DNA of 58,007 nt from positions 69,046,978-69,104,984 of the forward strand of contig NC_068984.1 of the NCBI RefSeq assembly GCF_001194135.2, in the 5' to 3' direction. This DNA is from Octopus bimaculoides. Its lineage: Eukaryota. The translations under genes and the position numbers were made by a program. Under the pieces are notes generated by a model, which was given only the letters and a program-made list of their open reading frames with translations, ran no database searches and had not been told where the DNA came from. Positions 1 to 12,714 of the stretch are shown here, piece after piece (within the stretch, counting starts at the first letter, position 1; every line of letters begins with the position of its first letter).

Positions 1-584
1 ATATATATTCATACATACATACATACACACACACATATATATATATATCTATGTACACACACACAAATATACATACGCATATATGTATCTATAATTATCT
101 ATAGTTTAGTCTTTTTTCTTTTGATAGTTTTGTTATTCAAAGCTATTGTTTAGTAGTATTGCTTTAGAAAACTTTTCGATATTTTCTTCTATTTTTCATA
201 TAAAATCATATGCATAATAGAAACAAATATTGAAATTTTGCTGATATGATTTTTTTTATTGGTATTTTCTTTTTATCTTACATAGATTTTCCCAATTATA
301 TTTTCTTTTTTTATTTATTACAATATAATTGTAAATCTTATTTTTTTTAAATGTATTTTTTTCGCCATTTCAATGACATAAATTAATAGGATCATTGTGT
401 CAATATTCAATTAGATTTCATTTGAGAGCGTTTGATTTATCGTTCTTTTACTAGTATTGGTTTTTTTTCCCCTTTTCCTTCTCTGAAATACATTTAATCT
501 ATTTAATACTTAACCCTTTAATTTTCAAATGAAAATAGCAATTTTTTAACAAAATCGCAAGGCCTAAAATTTCTGGAGAATATA

Positions 585-670
585 TGTATATATGTATGTT
601 TGTATGTATGTATGTATGTATGTATGTATGTATGTATGTATGTATGTACGTATATATGTATGTATGTATG

Positions 671-723
<53 letters not shown>

Positions 724-830
724 GTCAGTCTATCTATCTGTCTGTCTGTATGTCTGTCTTTCTGTCAGTCTGTCTGTCTATCTATCTCTTTATCTATTAT
801 ATCTATATATATATATATATATATATCCAG
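585..830. repeat. Compound microsatellite (TATG)n-(TATC)n-(TGTC)n-(TA)n
   Basis: Visible tandem tetra- and dinucleotide units; source of the MYVC/YLSI pseudo-ORFs. Confidence 0.97.
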
Positions 831-929
831 TCTACCCAACATATTGATTTTTATATCAGATTTTCATATCAGAAATATATACTTCGATATATTTTAGAAT
901 TTTAAACACGCTTACACACACATACACAC

Positions 930-1084
930 GTGCGTATATATATATATATATATATATNNNNNNNNNNNNNNNNNNNNNNNNNNNNNNNNNNNNNNNNNNN
1001 NNNNNNNNNNNNNNNNNNNNNNNNNNNNNNNNNNNNNNNNNNNNNNNNNATATGTGTGTGTGTATGTGTATGTGAGTATAACTT

Positions 1085-1116
<32 letters not shown>

Positions 1117-1145
1117 TGTGTGTGTGTGTGTGTGTGTGCGTGTGT
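930..1145. repeat. (TA)n/(TG)n/(AG)n microsatellite spanning N-gap 958-1049
   Basis: Visible in sequence. Confidence 0.95.
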
Positions 1146-4100
1146 AAGTTTTTGTTGACTGTCAGTAAAAAGAGTTCTCAGTACCTGGAGTCGAGATTAA
1201 TAATACAATTTATTTTTGTTCAGTCAGTTTCTTGTTGCTATTTTACCAGTGGGTTCACTGTTAGACTATGAACCATAAATTGTTTGAAGGCCTTGTATAA
1301 CCACTGGTGAAATTCAGAATTGTAAAAGACTGACTCGACAAAGATATACGTACACACACGCGCGCACACATACACACATACACACACACGCTCACACACA
1401 AACACACGCACATATGCAGATATAAGCGTACATATACATGCATATATATATACACATCATATGGCAGATAACTTTAGAAGTATATTTTTGCCCCATGGGT
1501 AATATCAGGAAATATGGCATATATACAATATTTATGATTTTACGTCTATTAAATTTCTTGTTGCTTATACAAAAGGATGAAATCAATACTAATTTTCAAA
1601 TGAAAAATATTTATTACCTTAAAATTAATATATGTATGGATATGAATATATGTATGCGTGTGTGCGAATATGCTTGTATGTATGCATTTATTTCTGTCTG
1701 AATGTATTTATATGTGTACATATGTGTGTGCGTATTCGTGTATGCGGGTATACGTTATATATGTTTCTATATACACACACATATATATATGTACTTCTGA
1801 GTGAGTTTGTATTTATTCTCACTTATACGAACATATTTTTCTGTTTATATGTTTTTTCTGTTTGATACGAACATGTTTTTATTTATGTCTATGCGTCTCT
1901 ATTAAACTTTGTTTTACAGAGACGGAGAAACATAAAGAAAATCTTTATTTGTCTCCATAATTGACCTTCTATCTCTCGACCTATCACGCTCTACCTACCC
2001 CTACTCTCTTCTCCATCAGACTATCTAAATTCTATTGTAATTCAATTGTTACACTGTGGCGCCCAAATTCGGACCGAAAATTGTATTAATGGTGCACGTA
2101 TCCGTAAAACGTTAATTTGGTCGAATAACTGAATCATCATCGCTGATACCGATAGAGAATCCATTACCATGTGAGCCAATGTCACTTATTTTAGGTTTTA
2201 GAGTACAATTACAATGAGAAAGGTGTAACTATTATTTTCAGCAGGTAAACCTACTGCGTTAAAAGGCTTTATAGCTGGCTAGAGTATATCAAAGTTATTT
2301 TCGACAGTGAAAAAGTACGAGACATCCAGTAGAATGTTTTACACGTACGTGCACGAGGTAAAGTAGAACAACTTAACACCACCACAACACATATTTAATC
2401 AGATTATTACAGACATAGAAATAGATCTCTGTGTCTGACAATGTTTCCAGAGAATAGTTTCCTCAAAGAACAAATGTGTAAAAGATATTCCGATATTCCA
2501 TTTTCTTTTTCCCTGCTTAGAAATAAATGTCAAGAACGTTTAGATATAAAATACAGTTTTATGTGGCTAAAATGAAATATTTCAAGATGCTTAACGCATC
2601 CGTACATCTATATTCTATATATAAAAACAAACCCATCTACCTCATTGTACGACTCGTCATTTATTTTTTGTTGTTCTGTTTTGTTGTTGCATTTCAAATA
2701 CGCTGCTTACAATGTATCATTAATGTTTTCTTTCCTTTAACTCAAACGCGAGGCATAAATTAAATAAAAATGTTATTAGCGCACTAGCAATAAATAGGAA
2801 GGGAAAGCACTATACTCACAAACAAAATATGTAAAGTAAGCGGAAGATAGAGAATTTCTAAAAACAAATGACCATAAAAAACACAAACATATTATCAGCA
2901 ACATTATTGGAACTAGAAGGAAAGTTCTAGATATATATTTGTTCGATCGGCTTCGTATCACCAACCAAACTTTTCTTCAACAAATTTCAAGAACACACCA
3001 CAATGAAGGTAAAATGGGAATGGAGCTTATGAAAAGAAAACAAGTTTCAGTACAGTGTTTTTATACACCAACTTTTCTTTTGCTTTTGTTGCTGTTGTTT
3101 AGACCCACTTTTGGCAGACTTATAACCACTAACATTTTTATCGTTACCATCTAGTGTATATTTTCAGGCAGAGTTTATCAAGAACAGCATCATTATTATT
3201 ATTTTTATACACTCTTACTTCACCTGTTTGCCTCTTTTAGTATGGCGTGTAATAGTTTGAGGAAGAATTTGCTACTCTTTTAGCAGGTCCAACACCCACA
3301 TAGAGATATCCATCGCTGAACTGACGGATGGCTTCCCATCATAGATAATTTTGATAAATCTAAAATCCTTGGTTCTTGTAGTAGCTTATGCATAATGCTT
3401 CGTGAATATGTACAGAAATGTATATTTATTTTACTAATTAGTAACATCACTGCATCTTTTATTTTTTATCTTGAAAATGAACTAACGCGATATGTCTAGC
3501 AGCATACATATAAATATAAAAACGAAATTATAGACAAACACAATGGTGTTTGATTGTCATTCAACTGCTGGGCAAATTTGCCTTCGACAGTCCTGGGAGC
3601 AATAGAAATTTCAGTGAATGCAATAAACATAATAAAATATTATGTCGACGCAATGTAACAGGATATTATAAAATTACTTTATGTTAATCAGCATCTATAA
3701 TATACAACTTCTGCTTTTGAATCTTCATGGAACATACCTGTACAGAATGTTTAATGGAAACCTTGAAATCTTTGAAATGAGTAGTTCAACTTAAGTGTTA
3801 TTAATGCTAGGTTTGTTTTGTGTAGCACTTGCAATCAACTCAAGCCAAGTTATTCATCTTCAATGCAGCCATTCGATCGTTTTACATGCACATAATAACT
3901 CCAACACTCAAATTTTTTATGGTTAAACTGACCAACGCATTTGATATCTGAGCTTTTGTGTTTAACTGATTTTTATGGATAGCCGATATTTCTCAAGATT
4001 ACAGTGCATATCTACGAAATAATAATTGCCTCATTTCTCTTCAATACTTGAATGTTTTCTGGCTATACTGTCCACTTTTTACTATCCTACAATATTACAT

Positions 4101-4954
4101 TTCTGAAACATGCATCATCATATAAATAGTTTGTATTTGAATCAAACAGGATGTCCTGTAATTGTTGCTGTTGTTATTGGTAAAACTATGGTAGCAATCA
4201 AATAGGTAACCAATCGAAATGAAGCATATTATCTGTATCTTTTAGTTATAATCTTGCCATTTATACTAAAGGAATGCCATTCTAATATCTTCGACATAAA
4301 ACTTATTGTCTTTGTTTTGAAGAGAATAAGATTTTTCCTAGAAGAGATTTGTTATATTAATACGTTTAAGCAAATAGCTACAAACTAACAGGTTCGAAAG
4401 ATTGCATATTTATCTTTCAGTAACTTGGAAAAAGAAAAACAGGAAAAGTATTGGTAAATATATAATGCATTTTTAAAACCTAATGAGAAATAAATATACA
4501 TTCATACATTCATAATGTATATTTACGCATGTACACGCACACACACGCACATATGTGGAAAACTATATACGTACACATAGACACACACAAATACACCCAC
4601 ACGTATACATAATCTTTTACTATACAAGAATTTTCTTCCAATGCCTTACCACGAAACTCCTGTAGCAATCTTCGCTAAAAAAACTTTTCTACATATTCCG
4701 AATTACGTACTGAATTATTTTATTATCCATTTTTAAAACTTAACATGCGTATACATACATATATACGTAATATATAGATGCATCGTTAATCACACACATA
4801 CACTCACACATACACGCGCACACGCATATAAATGCAATCATACATACATATATAGATATACACATATTGGAACATTGCCATCAAAATTTCTGCAAGTGCA
4901 AGCATAAGCCTGATAGAGTTATTTGGGACAGAAAAGAGAAATAATGTATTGTCG

Positions 4955-5145
4955 TTCGTCGTGGAAGCTAACTGTTTAGCAAGTGTGAACATCTTTTTCG
5001 AAAAACCAACTAAAGTTTATGGACAACTGTTTCGGAACCTGTATTTGTGTTACGTTAATTGTTCATGCACATTTATACCAATAATCATTGGTGCACTTGG
5101 TTAAGTTAGTAGACGTATAAACGATAACCTGAAAAAGTTATGATT
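4955..5145 (+). mobile_element. Degenerate C-terminal fragment of an R4/Dong-like (RLE-type) non-LTR retrotransposon
   Basis: Manual translation gives VVEANCLASVNI...VYGQLFRNL...TFIPIIIGALG*VSRRINDNLKKL; the P-[IV]-[IV]-IGALG block is typical of the RLE C-terminus; in-frame stops. Confidence 0.55.
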
Positions 5146-5351
5146 TTTTAAAGCAAAGAACGAGGTCGGCTAACGTGCACACGTCACATATAATCTGTAA
5201 ATTAACAGAAAAATAGGCAAAACTTTGGAATTTAAAATATGCAACTACTCTTTCCGTTATCCAAATTTGAGTAATGAGGCTTCGGTATTTCTGTTAAAAA
5301 CCGGTGCCTGACTTTTAGTACGGATTCTAAACAAATTGTGAAAGTGTACAT

Positions 5352-5734
5352 AGACGTATGCTTGGATGTGTGGAAAGAATCTTGCATCCTAATCACATGG
5401 TCCCAGGTTCAGTCTCATTCCGCTGTATCTTGGGCAATTGTCTTCTACTATAGCCTCGGCCGACAAAAGCTTTGTTTGTGAGTAGATCTAATAGACGATG
5501 TTTGTATATATATANNNNNNNNNNNNNNNNNNNNNNNNNNNNNNNNNNNNNNNNNNNNNNNNNNNNNNNNNNNNNNNNNNNNNNNNNNNNNNNNNNNNNN
5601 NNNNNNNNNNNNNNNNNNNATATATATATATATATATGTATACATGTATTTATGTATGTATATATATGTATGTATGTATATATATGTATGTATGTATTTA
5701 TGTATGTATATATATGTATGTATTTATGTAAGTA

Positions 5735-5770
<36 letters not shown>

Positions 5771-5985
5771 TATATCAATGTGTGAGTGTCTTTGTGTCTG
5801 TGTTTATCCCCCTCCATCGCTTGACAACCGGTGTTGGAATGTTTAAATCCCTGTAAATTAGTGGCCCGGCGAAAACCACTGATAGAAACAGTATTAGGCT
5901 TTAAAAATAGTCATAGGTCAATATATTTGACTAAAACCTTTCAAGGCGGTGTCCCAGAATGGCCGCACTCAAATGACTGACAAAT
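5352..5985 (+). mobile_element. tRNA-derived CORE-like SINE with an internal microsatellite (N-gap 5515-5619 inside)
   Basis: tRNA-like head with degenerate B-box (CCAGGTTCAGTCTC), CORE-like ATCTTGGGCAATTGTCTT, internal (TA)/(TATG) array about 5505-5790, then 3' body ending AAGGCGGTGTCCCAGAATGGCCGCACTCAAATGACTGA, which also appears degenerate at 15866-15960. Confidence 0.75.
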
Positions 5986-6299
5986 ATCGGCTAGCCATAA
6001 AAGATATCAAATTTTAAAGCAAAAACAATAATTTTTCTAAATTAAAATTTCGAAGGTGATTTTTTTGGTTTTACTTTGTAAAATAAAAATTAAAGATTTT
6101 TTATCACAACAGATTATTGATATATTTGCATACTATTTATAAAAACACAAACGACCGCATTTCCCTGAGTGAGGAATAAATTTCCGAAGATACTATGTAT
6201 CGGTACGATACAAACAATGAAATTAGCAGATATGGGGAGACATAAATAGAACTGAATTTCTAATAGAAGAGTATTTAACTTATAGAGAAAGCCAGAACA

Positions 6300-6395
6300 G
6301 GCGGGAAAAAATATTTGCCAATTTGATGTGCGCGTATAAGGTCATTTTTTGAGGTCAACTTTCTCTCCCTCTCATATTCCAACGGGTCACGTGAC
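6300..6395. promoter_or_regulatory. Candidate cis-regulatory motif cluster (E2F-like, CCAAT, AGGTCA DR7, GTCACGTGAC)
   Basis: GGCGGGAAA 6300-6308; CCAAT 6318-6322; AGGTCA 6339-6344 and 6352-6357; GTCACGTGAC palindrome 6386-6395. Motif match only. Confidence 0.3.
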
Positions 6396-6409
6396 AGAAC
6401 TGTTTGCGT

Positions 6410-7098
6410 GTGTATATGTATGTGTATGTGTATATATATATATATATATATCAGGGATAGGATCATTAAAATACCATCACGTGTAGCAAGCGATATATAT
6501 ATANNNNNNNNNNNNNNNNNNNNNNNNNNNNNNNNNNNNNNNNNNNNNNNNNNNNNNNNNNNNNNNNNNNNNNNNNNNNNNNNNNNNNNNNNNNNNNNNN
6601 NNNNNNNNNNNNNNNNNNNNNNNNNNNNNNNNNNNNNNNNNNNNNNNNNNNNNNNNNNNNNNNNNNNNNNNNNNNNNNNNNNNNNNNNNNNNNNNNNNNN
6701 NNNNNNNNNNNNNNNNNNNNNNNNNNNNNNNNNNNNNNNNNNNNNNNNNNNNNNNNNNNNNNNNNNNNNNNNNNNNNNNNNNNNNNNNNNNNNNNNNNNN
6801 NNNNNNNNNNNNNNNNNNNNNNNNNNNNNNNNNNNNNNNNNNNNNNNNNNTAGTTGCTATAGGACAGAAATTCAATAACATTATTAAATAACGTATCCAC
6901 TCACAAACGTGTCCGTATTGTTCTAACTTCACTTTCGCTTTCTGAATACATACATACACACACGCACACGCACACACACGCACACACACACCCACACACA
7001 CACATACATACACATACAAATGTGTATATGACTATTTTTGCGAATACAATATATATACATCTACGTACATCTATATATATATATATGTGTATATATAT

Positions 7099-7140
<42 letters not shown>
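6410..7140. repeat. (TA)n/(CA)n microsatellite blocks around N-gap 6504-6850
   Basis: Visible in sequence. Confidence 0.9.
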
Positions 7141-7144
<4 letters not shown>

Positions 7145-7491
7145 GTGGATACATTCAAAGCTACATTCTTATAGCATTATAGTTAATAAAATAATACTTA
7201 TATATTCTCGTATTTGATGCACAGTTTATTAACCTTCTGCACAATCTAAATGTATTGTTGTGCTGCCAATATTCAACTACCGCCATTTACTCTTTGCAAT
7301 ACAGAGTTTCCATGGTTCTCCTTAGCTAGTCAACAGCGAGTTTTAATGACCACTTTGTTAATTAATAAGTATATTTTTAACATTATGTGTTCAATGTTAC
7401 AGGATACTCAGAGTAAAAACTATAATCAAATATGTTGCCCGTTCTGCAACATTTATTGCAACTATTGTCTTATTATACAATAAGTGCGTGC

Positions 7492-7542
<51 letters not shown>

Positions 7543-8194
7543 GTTCTGTTTCATACATATATTCATATGTATATGTAAAAAACGACTGAGGAAGACTATC
7601 TTGAGAGGTCTTTCGAATAAAAGTTTAACACCAAATTGGCCATTATTACACTTTAAAATAAAGTCAAAAGTTTATGCAAAGAGAGGACATACCTGTCCGA
7701 TGAATGGGTGGTTATGTTTTCAAACTTGCTAAATTTTATTGTTATATTTCGGGATGGTTCTTTTTATTTTTAACCATATAAACTCAAGCACTTTATATTT
7801 GTTCTTCACTTGTTTATTATTGTTCTTATTTTATGGCCATCTCTGGAAATCTTTCGTCTCACATCCTGCGACCTCTTCCGTGACTCTCCATTCCACGTGT
7901 CTCCTCCTGTTCTGTTTAGTCCATTCTGTCTTTCAACGGTGCGCATCCTCATGCGTCTGCACGTGCGTGTATGTATGCGTGTCTATCTGTTTTGCATGTT
8001 TTTTTTTGTGTGGGTCTGTGTGTGCAGACAGTTTTGCTTAATATATTGTTTGTCTCCGTCCCTTTTTTATAGTTTTTTTCATTTAATTACTATTTATCTC
8101 TATTTTCCTCATTTTATCTTAAATATGTTTTTGTGTCGTCGTGTTACGTAGTGTAGTGGAGGAGGTTGTAATTTGAGGCTCGTTCTGTCTGTTA

Positions 8195-8400
8195 CTATGT
8201 CTGTGGCCTCTGTAATCTGTCTAAGTGTCGTGTCTGTTTTATGTGTTGATAATATTTTACATCTGTTTTATTAACCAAGCCTCTAAATTCTAATTGAGCA
8301 TGTTGGTAGAGCACCGATGAACTTTTCCCCTCCTTGAGCTCCCGCCAGTGTTCATCAATCTGCTCCATTTCTGAAAAAATATAATGCACGATCTCTTTTG
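8195..8400 (-). mobile_element. Possible GIY-YIG endonuclease remnant of a Penelope-like element
   Basis: ORF 8195-8431 contains HYIFSEMEQIDEHWRELKEGKSSSVLYQHAQ, resembling the YIGET..R..EH.R....K.S.L..H segment of PLE GIY-YIG domains; canonical YIG and Arg are not intact. Confidence 0.4.
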
Positions 8401-8451
8401 ATAGTCTACTTATAAATCTTTTAAAATTCAAAGTGAAATCTTTTTATGAAC

Positions 8452-8550
8452 TTGATTTATGTAGATTTGTATTAGTTTGTATTAAATTGATTTATGTAGA
8501 TTTGTATTAATTTGTATTAAATTGATTTATGTAGATTTGTATTAATTTGT
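8452..8550. repeat. 35-bp minisatellite, about 2.8 copies
   Basis: Unit TTGATTTATGTAGATTTGTATTA(G/A)TTTGTATTAAA at 8452, 8487 and 8522 (partial). Confidence 0.95.
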
Positions 8551-9337
8551 GTGTGAAACTTATTAAGGAACATAATTTTGGTGGTAATGTTAAATATTCC
8601 AGTTTTTTAAGTCAAGATGGTATTAGCTTTCCTATTTGGTAACAACTCGTTGAATGAACGATTTTTACTGTTTAACTCAAGGACAGAAATGGACAATACT
8701 TGTGACACTTCATTAGTTCCTAGGGGAAGGCACAGTTATACTACAATACTAACCCAATACGACCCACAGAATATGGAACGCTAAAGACTTCCCAGGAACC
8801 AGAAGTCGTTTTAAACCAAACCAACCATCAAATAACACAGAGCTCAAGAATCAGAACTTATACACCACAGTATCTCATCCAGCAATTCTGCCAAGTACAG
8901 CCCTGGACAGGTACTTTACTTAGTCAGAGCTAAACGAATAAACTTAAAGCGCAGACTGTAAGGACAAATCATTTTTGTTCTACGTCCTGATGACTCAGCA
9001 AATTTCGCTAAATTAATCGATCATTGCAATAAATTTAATGAAAAGAGCCATTAGAAGATATGCACTTGAAATATGCAAGACCATGAACAAATAAATTTCA
9101 TGAAATGTGACCACTAAAAAAGCAACAAATGAAAATGCTACTTCTGAGTTTTCTTGTAGGAAACACCATCTCTTTTTTTCTGCAACTGTAAAAGCAGTAT
9201 TAATGTGGGAAACAAACGGTGATTTATGCAAACCGGACGCCACTTCAATTTGCAAGAGAAACAGGCAAAAAGTACGATAATTAACCCTGGAAAAAGACTG
9301 ACAGGCAATACAATCATTGACCAGAAAAGAGAGTATT

Positions 9338-9342
<5 letters not shown>

Positions 9343-9384
<42 letters not shown>

Positions 9385-9450
9385 TTGTCTCTCTCTCTCT
9401 CTCTCTGTGTCTCTCTCTCTCTCTATGTCTCTCTCTCTCTCACTCACTCT
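9343..9450. repeat. (CT)n microsatellite
   Basis: Visible in sequence. Confidence 0.95.
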
Positions 9451-11057
9451 CACTCTTCTTTTTCTCTTTATTTAAGTCTTTCAGTATCACCCACTATTTC
9501 TTTCGCTTTCTCTCATACACAAGCACTCTCACCTCCTCGTTCTCTCGTCTCATACACAATCATATTTTCCCTATCACGTAATTCTCCATCCGTCTTCCTG
9601 ACACTTGCACCCTCTCTTTATTTGCTTCTATATTCTCCTTACATAACATAATAAAACTGCATACACAATGGTAAAATACACAACTATATTAGCACCTGTC
9701 TCCTTTCAGACTCTTGCAGAAAATTGCCGCATGTCAAATGCAAACGATATGCCATTAACCTTATGCTTTAAGACTTCAAATTATGATATTTTCACCAAAC
9801 AAATATTGCAGCTACATAATGCTATAGATTCAGGTTAAAATCTAATCCCCGAACCTGAAGGGGTCTGTAATATACTCATAAAGCCCTCTGCAGCATCTCT
9901 TTTAGCAGTGCTTTACCTGAAGCTTATATTCATTCCAGTGAAGGGCCACGTTTATGGATGCTATTCATAAGAAAGACTCCAGAGTCGATCTGCTATAATC
10001 CCTGTAACTTTAATAACGACAGTCAGCAAAGTAATGGAATTATAGTCAATAAACAACTGCTAAAAAGCCAATTAAGTAAATAATTCTGCTTCTGGTCAAA
10101 CCACTTACGCCAGACTTTCTCCTATTTTCCATGACATGGTGCAATTAAATTTAAGTCCAGGACATCAAATGAGCTTTTGACAGAGCCTGACACGACGAAT
10201 TCTGCGCATGGCTGATATCAAAGGGAATACGCATAAAACTGCTTAGATGGCTGCAAAGCTACCTTAATTAATTATCCATTAACTGCAGTCTTTCAGGCCA
10301 GTCTTCTCATCTCGTATCGACTAACGAATTAATAATATTAAGCTCAATACTTGGTTCACTTATAGTCTTTATTCTTGTAAATAATGTTATTGAAACATCT
10401 GAAAACGAGCTAGACCCTTATACTAAAGATTCCACGCTATTTAAAAAAAAAAAAAAAATGAAAGTAAACACGCTGGTCAGCAGGTAAGAATGAACTTAGG
10501 TCAACTAGCGTAAGTAGAAACCTTGTGAAAGTGAAACCTTAATAGACGCATTAAAGAGGGACATCAACGAACATAATAGAAATAAATATATTAATCAAGG
10601 GAAAGAACTCCAGTCCATCAAACATCGAATTAATGATTGGAATCATGTCAGCCAACTAAAAGGAGGCAAAAAGCTGTTTTGGTATTATTATATGCAAGTT
10701 GGCAGTGGTATAATAAATCTCCACTATTGCAAAAAAAAAAAAAAAAAAAGATTCAGAAATTCGGGACAATTTCTACAATAATCAAGTTTTAAGCTGCATA
10801 GATTAATGAATGTCTTGAATGAATGCTTCACATAACATCCTCAACCGGCTAACCCATCAAAAAGCTTCTCAAGGTCATTGAGGTCGATGAAACCTAATCG
10901 ACTAAAAGTTTGCTGTCGACTTAGATATGATTATGTGAATAAGGACATCATGTGGTTCCAGTATACCATAGTGTAGTGGGCTATAATCTTTTACTATAGT
11001 CTAAGATTGACTAACCTAGACGTACACTACCTAAAACTTTTTCGTATGTGCGTACAA

Positions 11058-11088
<31 letters not shown>

Positions 11089-11699
11089 TGTGTGTATGTA
11101 TATGCATGTATGTACATGTATGTATGACGTACGCGCATACACGAGCACGCGCGCATGCACACATTGTTGACGTCATAATGTCGAGAGGACGTAAATAATT
11201 CTTTTTTGGAACATTTACACCTTCACATAAAGCTCCAAAAATATGTAAATAATGGGTTGGAAAACCCTTTTAGAGAAAAAAAAATGATGAAGGTCCCCCC
11301 CCCCACAGGCAGGCTTCGACAACTTGTTACATCCCAAAGGGTTTTACATGCCACTTTTGCAGCTTTGTATGATGTACCACGCGAGCCCAAAATTAATACA
11401 CACACACACACACATATACATATGAAGAAAGAGAGATGGAGAGAGGGAGAGAGAAACAATAAGTGGGGCAAGCAAATAAATAGATAGTTGAGAGATATAT
11501 AGATATCAATCTGATCGTCCGTATAAAGCTGGTAAGTCTTGATTGACCGAGGAATATATAAAATGCCATTTCTACAAAACAATAAACAAAAATACAAATA
11601 GCTAGAAGGAAAAAAATAGAAACCATTGTATGTTAAATCTAATTGTTAGATTTAAATTTAATTGTCAGATTCCCTCCATGAATTGGAGTGTCTTATTTA

Positions 11700-12230
11700 C
11701 GGTTGGTTACTCCTCCAAACTTGATAACCTTTTAAAAACCATATATGAAATTTCTTCTCTCCCGGGCTGGTAGTTTTTGCTTTGGAACAGATATAATACA
11801 ATAAGGTTTCTGAACAATCTCTTCAGGAGTTTGAAGATGACTTCGTACGACTTGTTTGTGGTAGAATATAGTTCAAAGAAATTTTGCCCGCTTAGTGTTA
11901 GATATGTTTTATACGTAAATACATCTGGCTTCGATGAAGATCGATAGTTTGTCTCCTCATTCATTCCAACCTTGACTAATTATATTTTTGCCGAATGATT
12001 TGACTTGTAAATATTTAGAACGTAATCTGTATCTTTTCTTTCTGAGCTCATTCTTGCTGATTCAACTGATTTCTGTTTCCATAATATCTATGTTCAGTTA
12101 TCTAAATAATTGTCACTTGTTTATTATTTTCTAGACAATCGTATGTTTTTAGGAGAATATTCTCAATTTTTTTCATTCGACTCTATCTCTATGTTAATAT
12201 TGTGGTTTTGACAGCAGTGGAAGCCTGTAG
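11700..12230 (-). mobile_element. Highly degenerate R4/Dong-like LINE fragment (pre-RT and early RT region)
   Basis: Frameshifted translation gives NINIEIE..., NQQE*, KSFGKNII.. and KNYQP, collinear with EIE..P..EE, QQEW, KSPG.D.I and KNYRP in this clade; parallels the fragment at 35.8 kb. Confidence 0.35.
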
Positions 12231-12288
12231 TTACATTCCATTGCTGTTGGGATCAAAAATTCCTGCCACACCTTCTACTCGTATATTC

Positions 12289-12488
12289 TTTTCTGCTCTA
12301 GGCATAAGGCCCGAAATTTTAAGGTGGTGGTGACCAGTCGATTAGATCGATCCCAGTACGCAACTGGTACTTAAGCTATCGACCCCGAAAGGGATGAAAG
12401 GCAAAGTCGACATCGGTGGAATTTGAACTCAGAACATAAAGACAGACGAAATACTGCTAAGCATTTCGCTCGGCGTGCTAGCGTTTCT
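12289..12488 (-). mobile_element. tRNA-derived SINE (octopus OK/OR-type), lacking the first ~20 nt of the head
   Basis: Antisense B-box GGAATTTGAACTCAGAAC and body GACCCCGAAAGGGATGAAAGGCAAAGTCGAC. Confidence 0.85.
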
Positions 12489-12714
12489 TTACTGCCCACA
12501 AGGGGCTTTACACAGAGGGGACAAACAAGGACAGACAAACGGATTAAGTCGATTGTATCGGCCACAGTGCGTAACTGGTACTTATTAAATCGACCCCGAA
12601 AAGATGAAAGGCAAAGTCGACTTCGGCGGAATTTGAACTCAGAACATAGCGGCAAATGAAATACCGCTCAGCATTTCGCCCGGCGTGCTAACGTTTCTGC
12701 CAGCTCGCTGCCTT
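12484..12714 (-). mobile_element. tRNA-derived SINE, full-length, head-to-tail with the previous copy
   Basis: Sense head AAGGCAGCGAGCTGGCAGAAACGTTAGCACGCC, B-box GTTCTGAGTTCAAATTCCGCC, 3' tail TTTGTCTGTCCTTGTTTGTCCCCTC...TGTGGGCAGTAAAGAAA. Confidence 0.9.

Noticed and set aside
584-905. Overlapping ORFs such as MYVCMYVC.. and YLSIYLSI.. (and similar ones throughout, including poly-I/L/V/N/R ORFs at 13.7, 16.5 and 38.0 kb)
   Set aside because: They are translations of microsatellites; open in several frames on both strands.
2057-2066. TGGCGCCCAA resembling a tRNA-Lys primer-binding site after TGTTACA
   Set aside because: Only 10 nt match; no second LTR, gag/pol motifs or polypurine tract found.
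3700-3790. Minus-strand micro-exon candidate with CAG|GTATGT donor
   Set aside because: Splice-like motifs alone are too common; no coding or homology support.
8987-9010. CTGATGA core (also one near 46696)
   Set aside because: No downstream GAAA or helices; chance match.
12560-12714. tRNA-like A- and B-boxes (repeated in all SINE heads)
   Set aside because: No complete cloverleaf; they continue into SINE bodies, so they are not tRNA genes.
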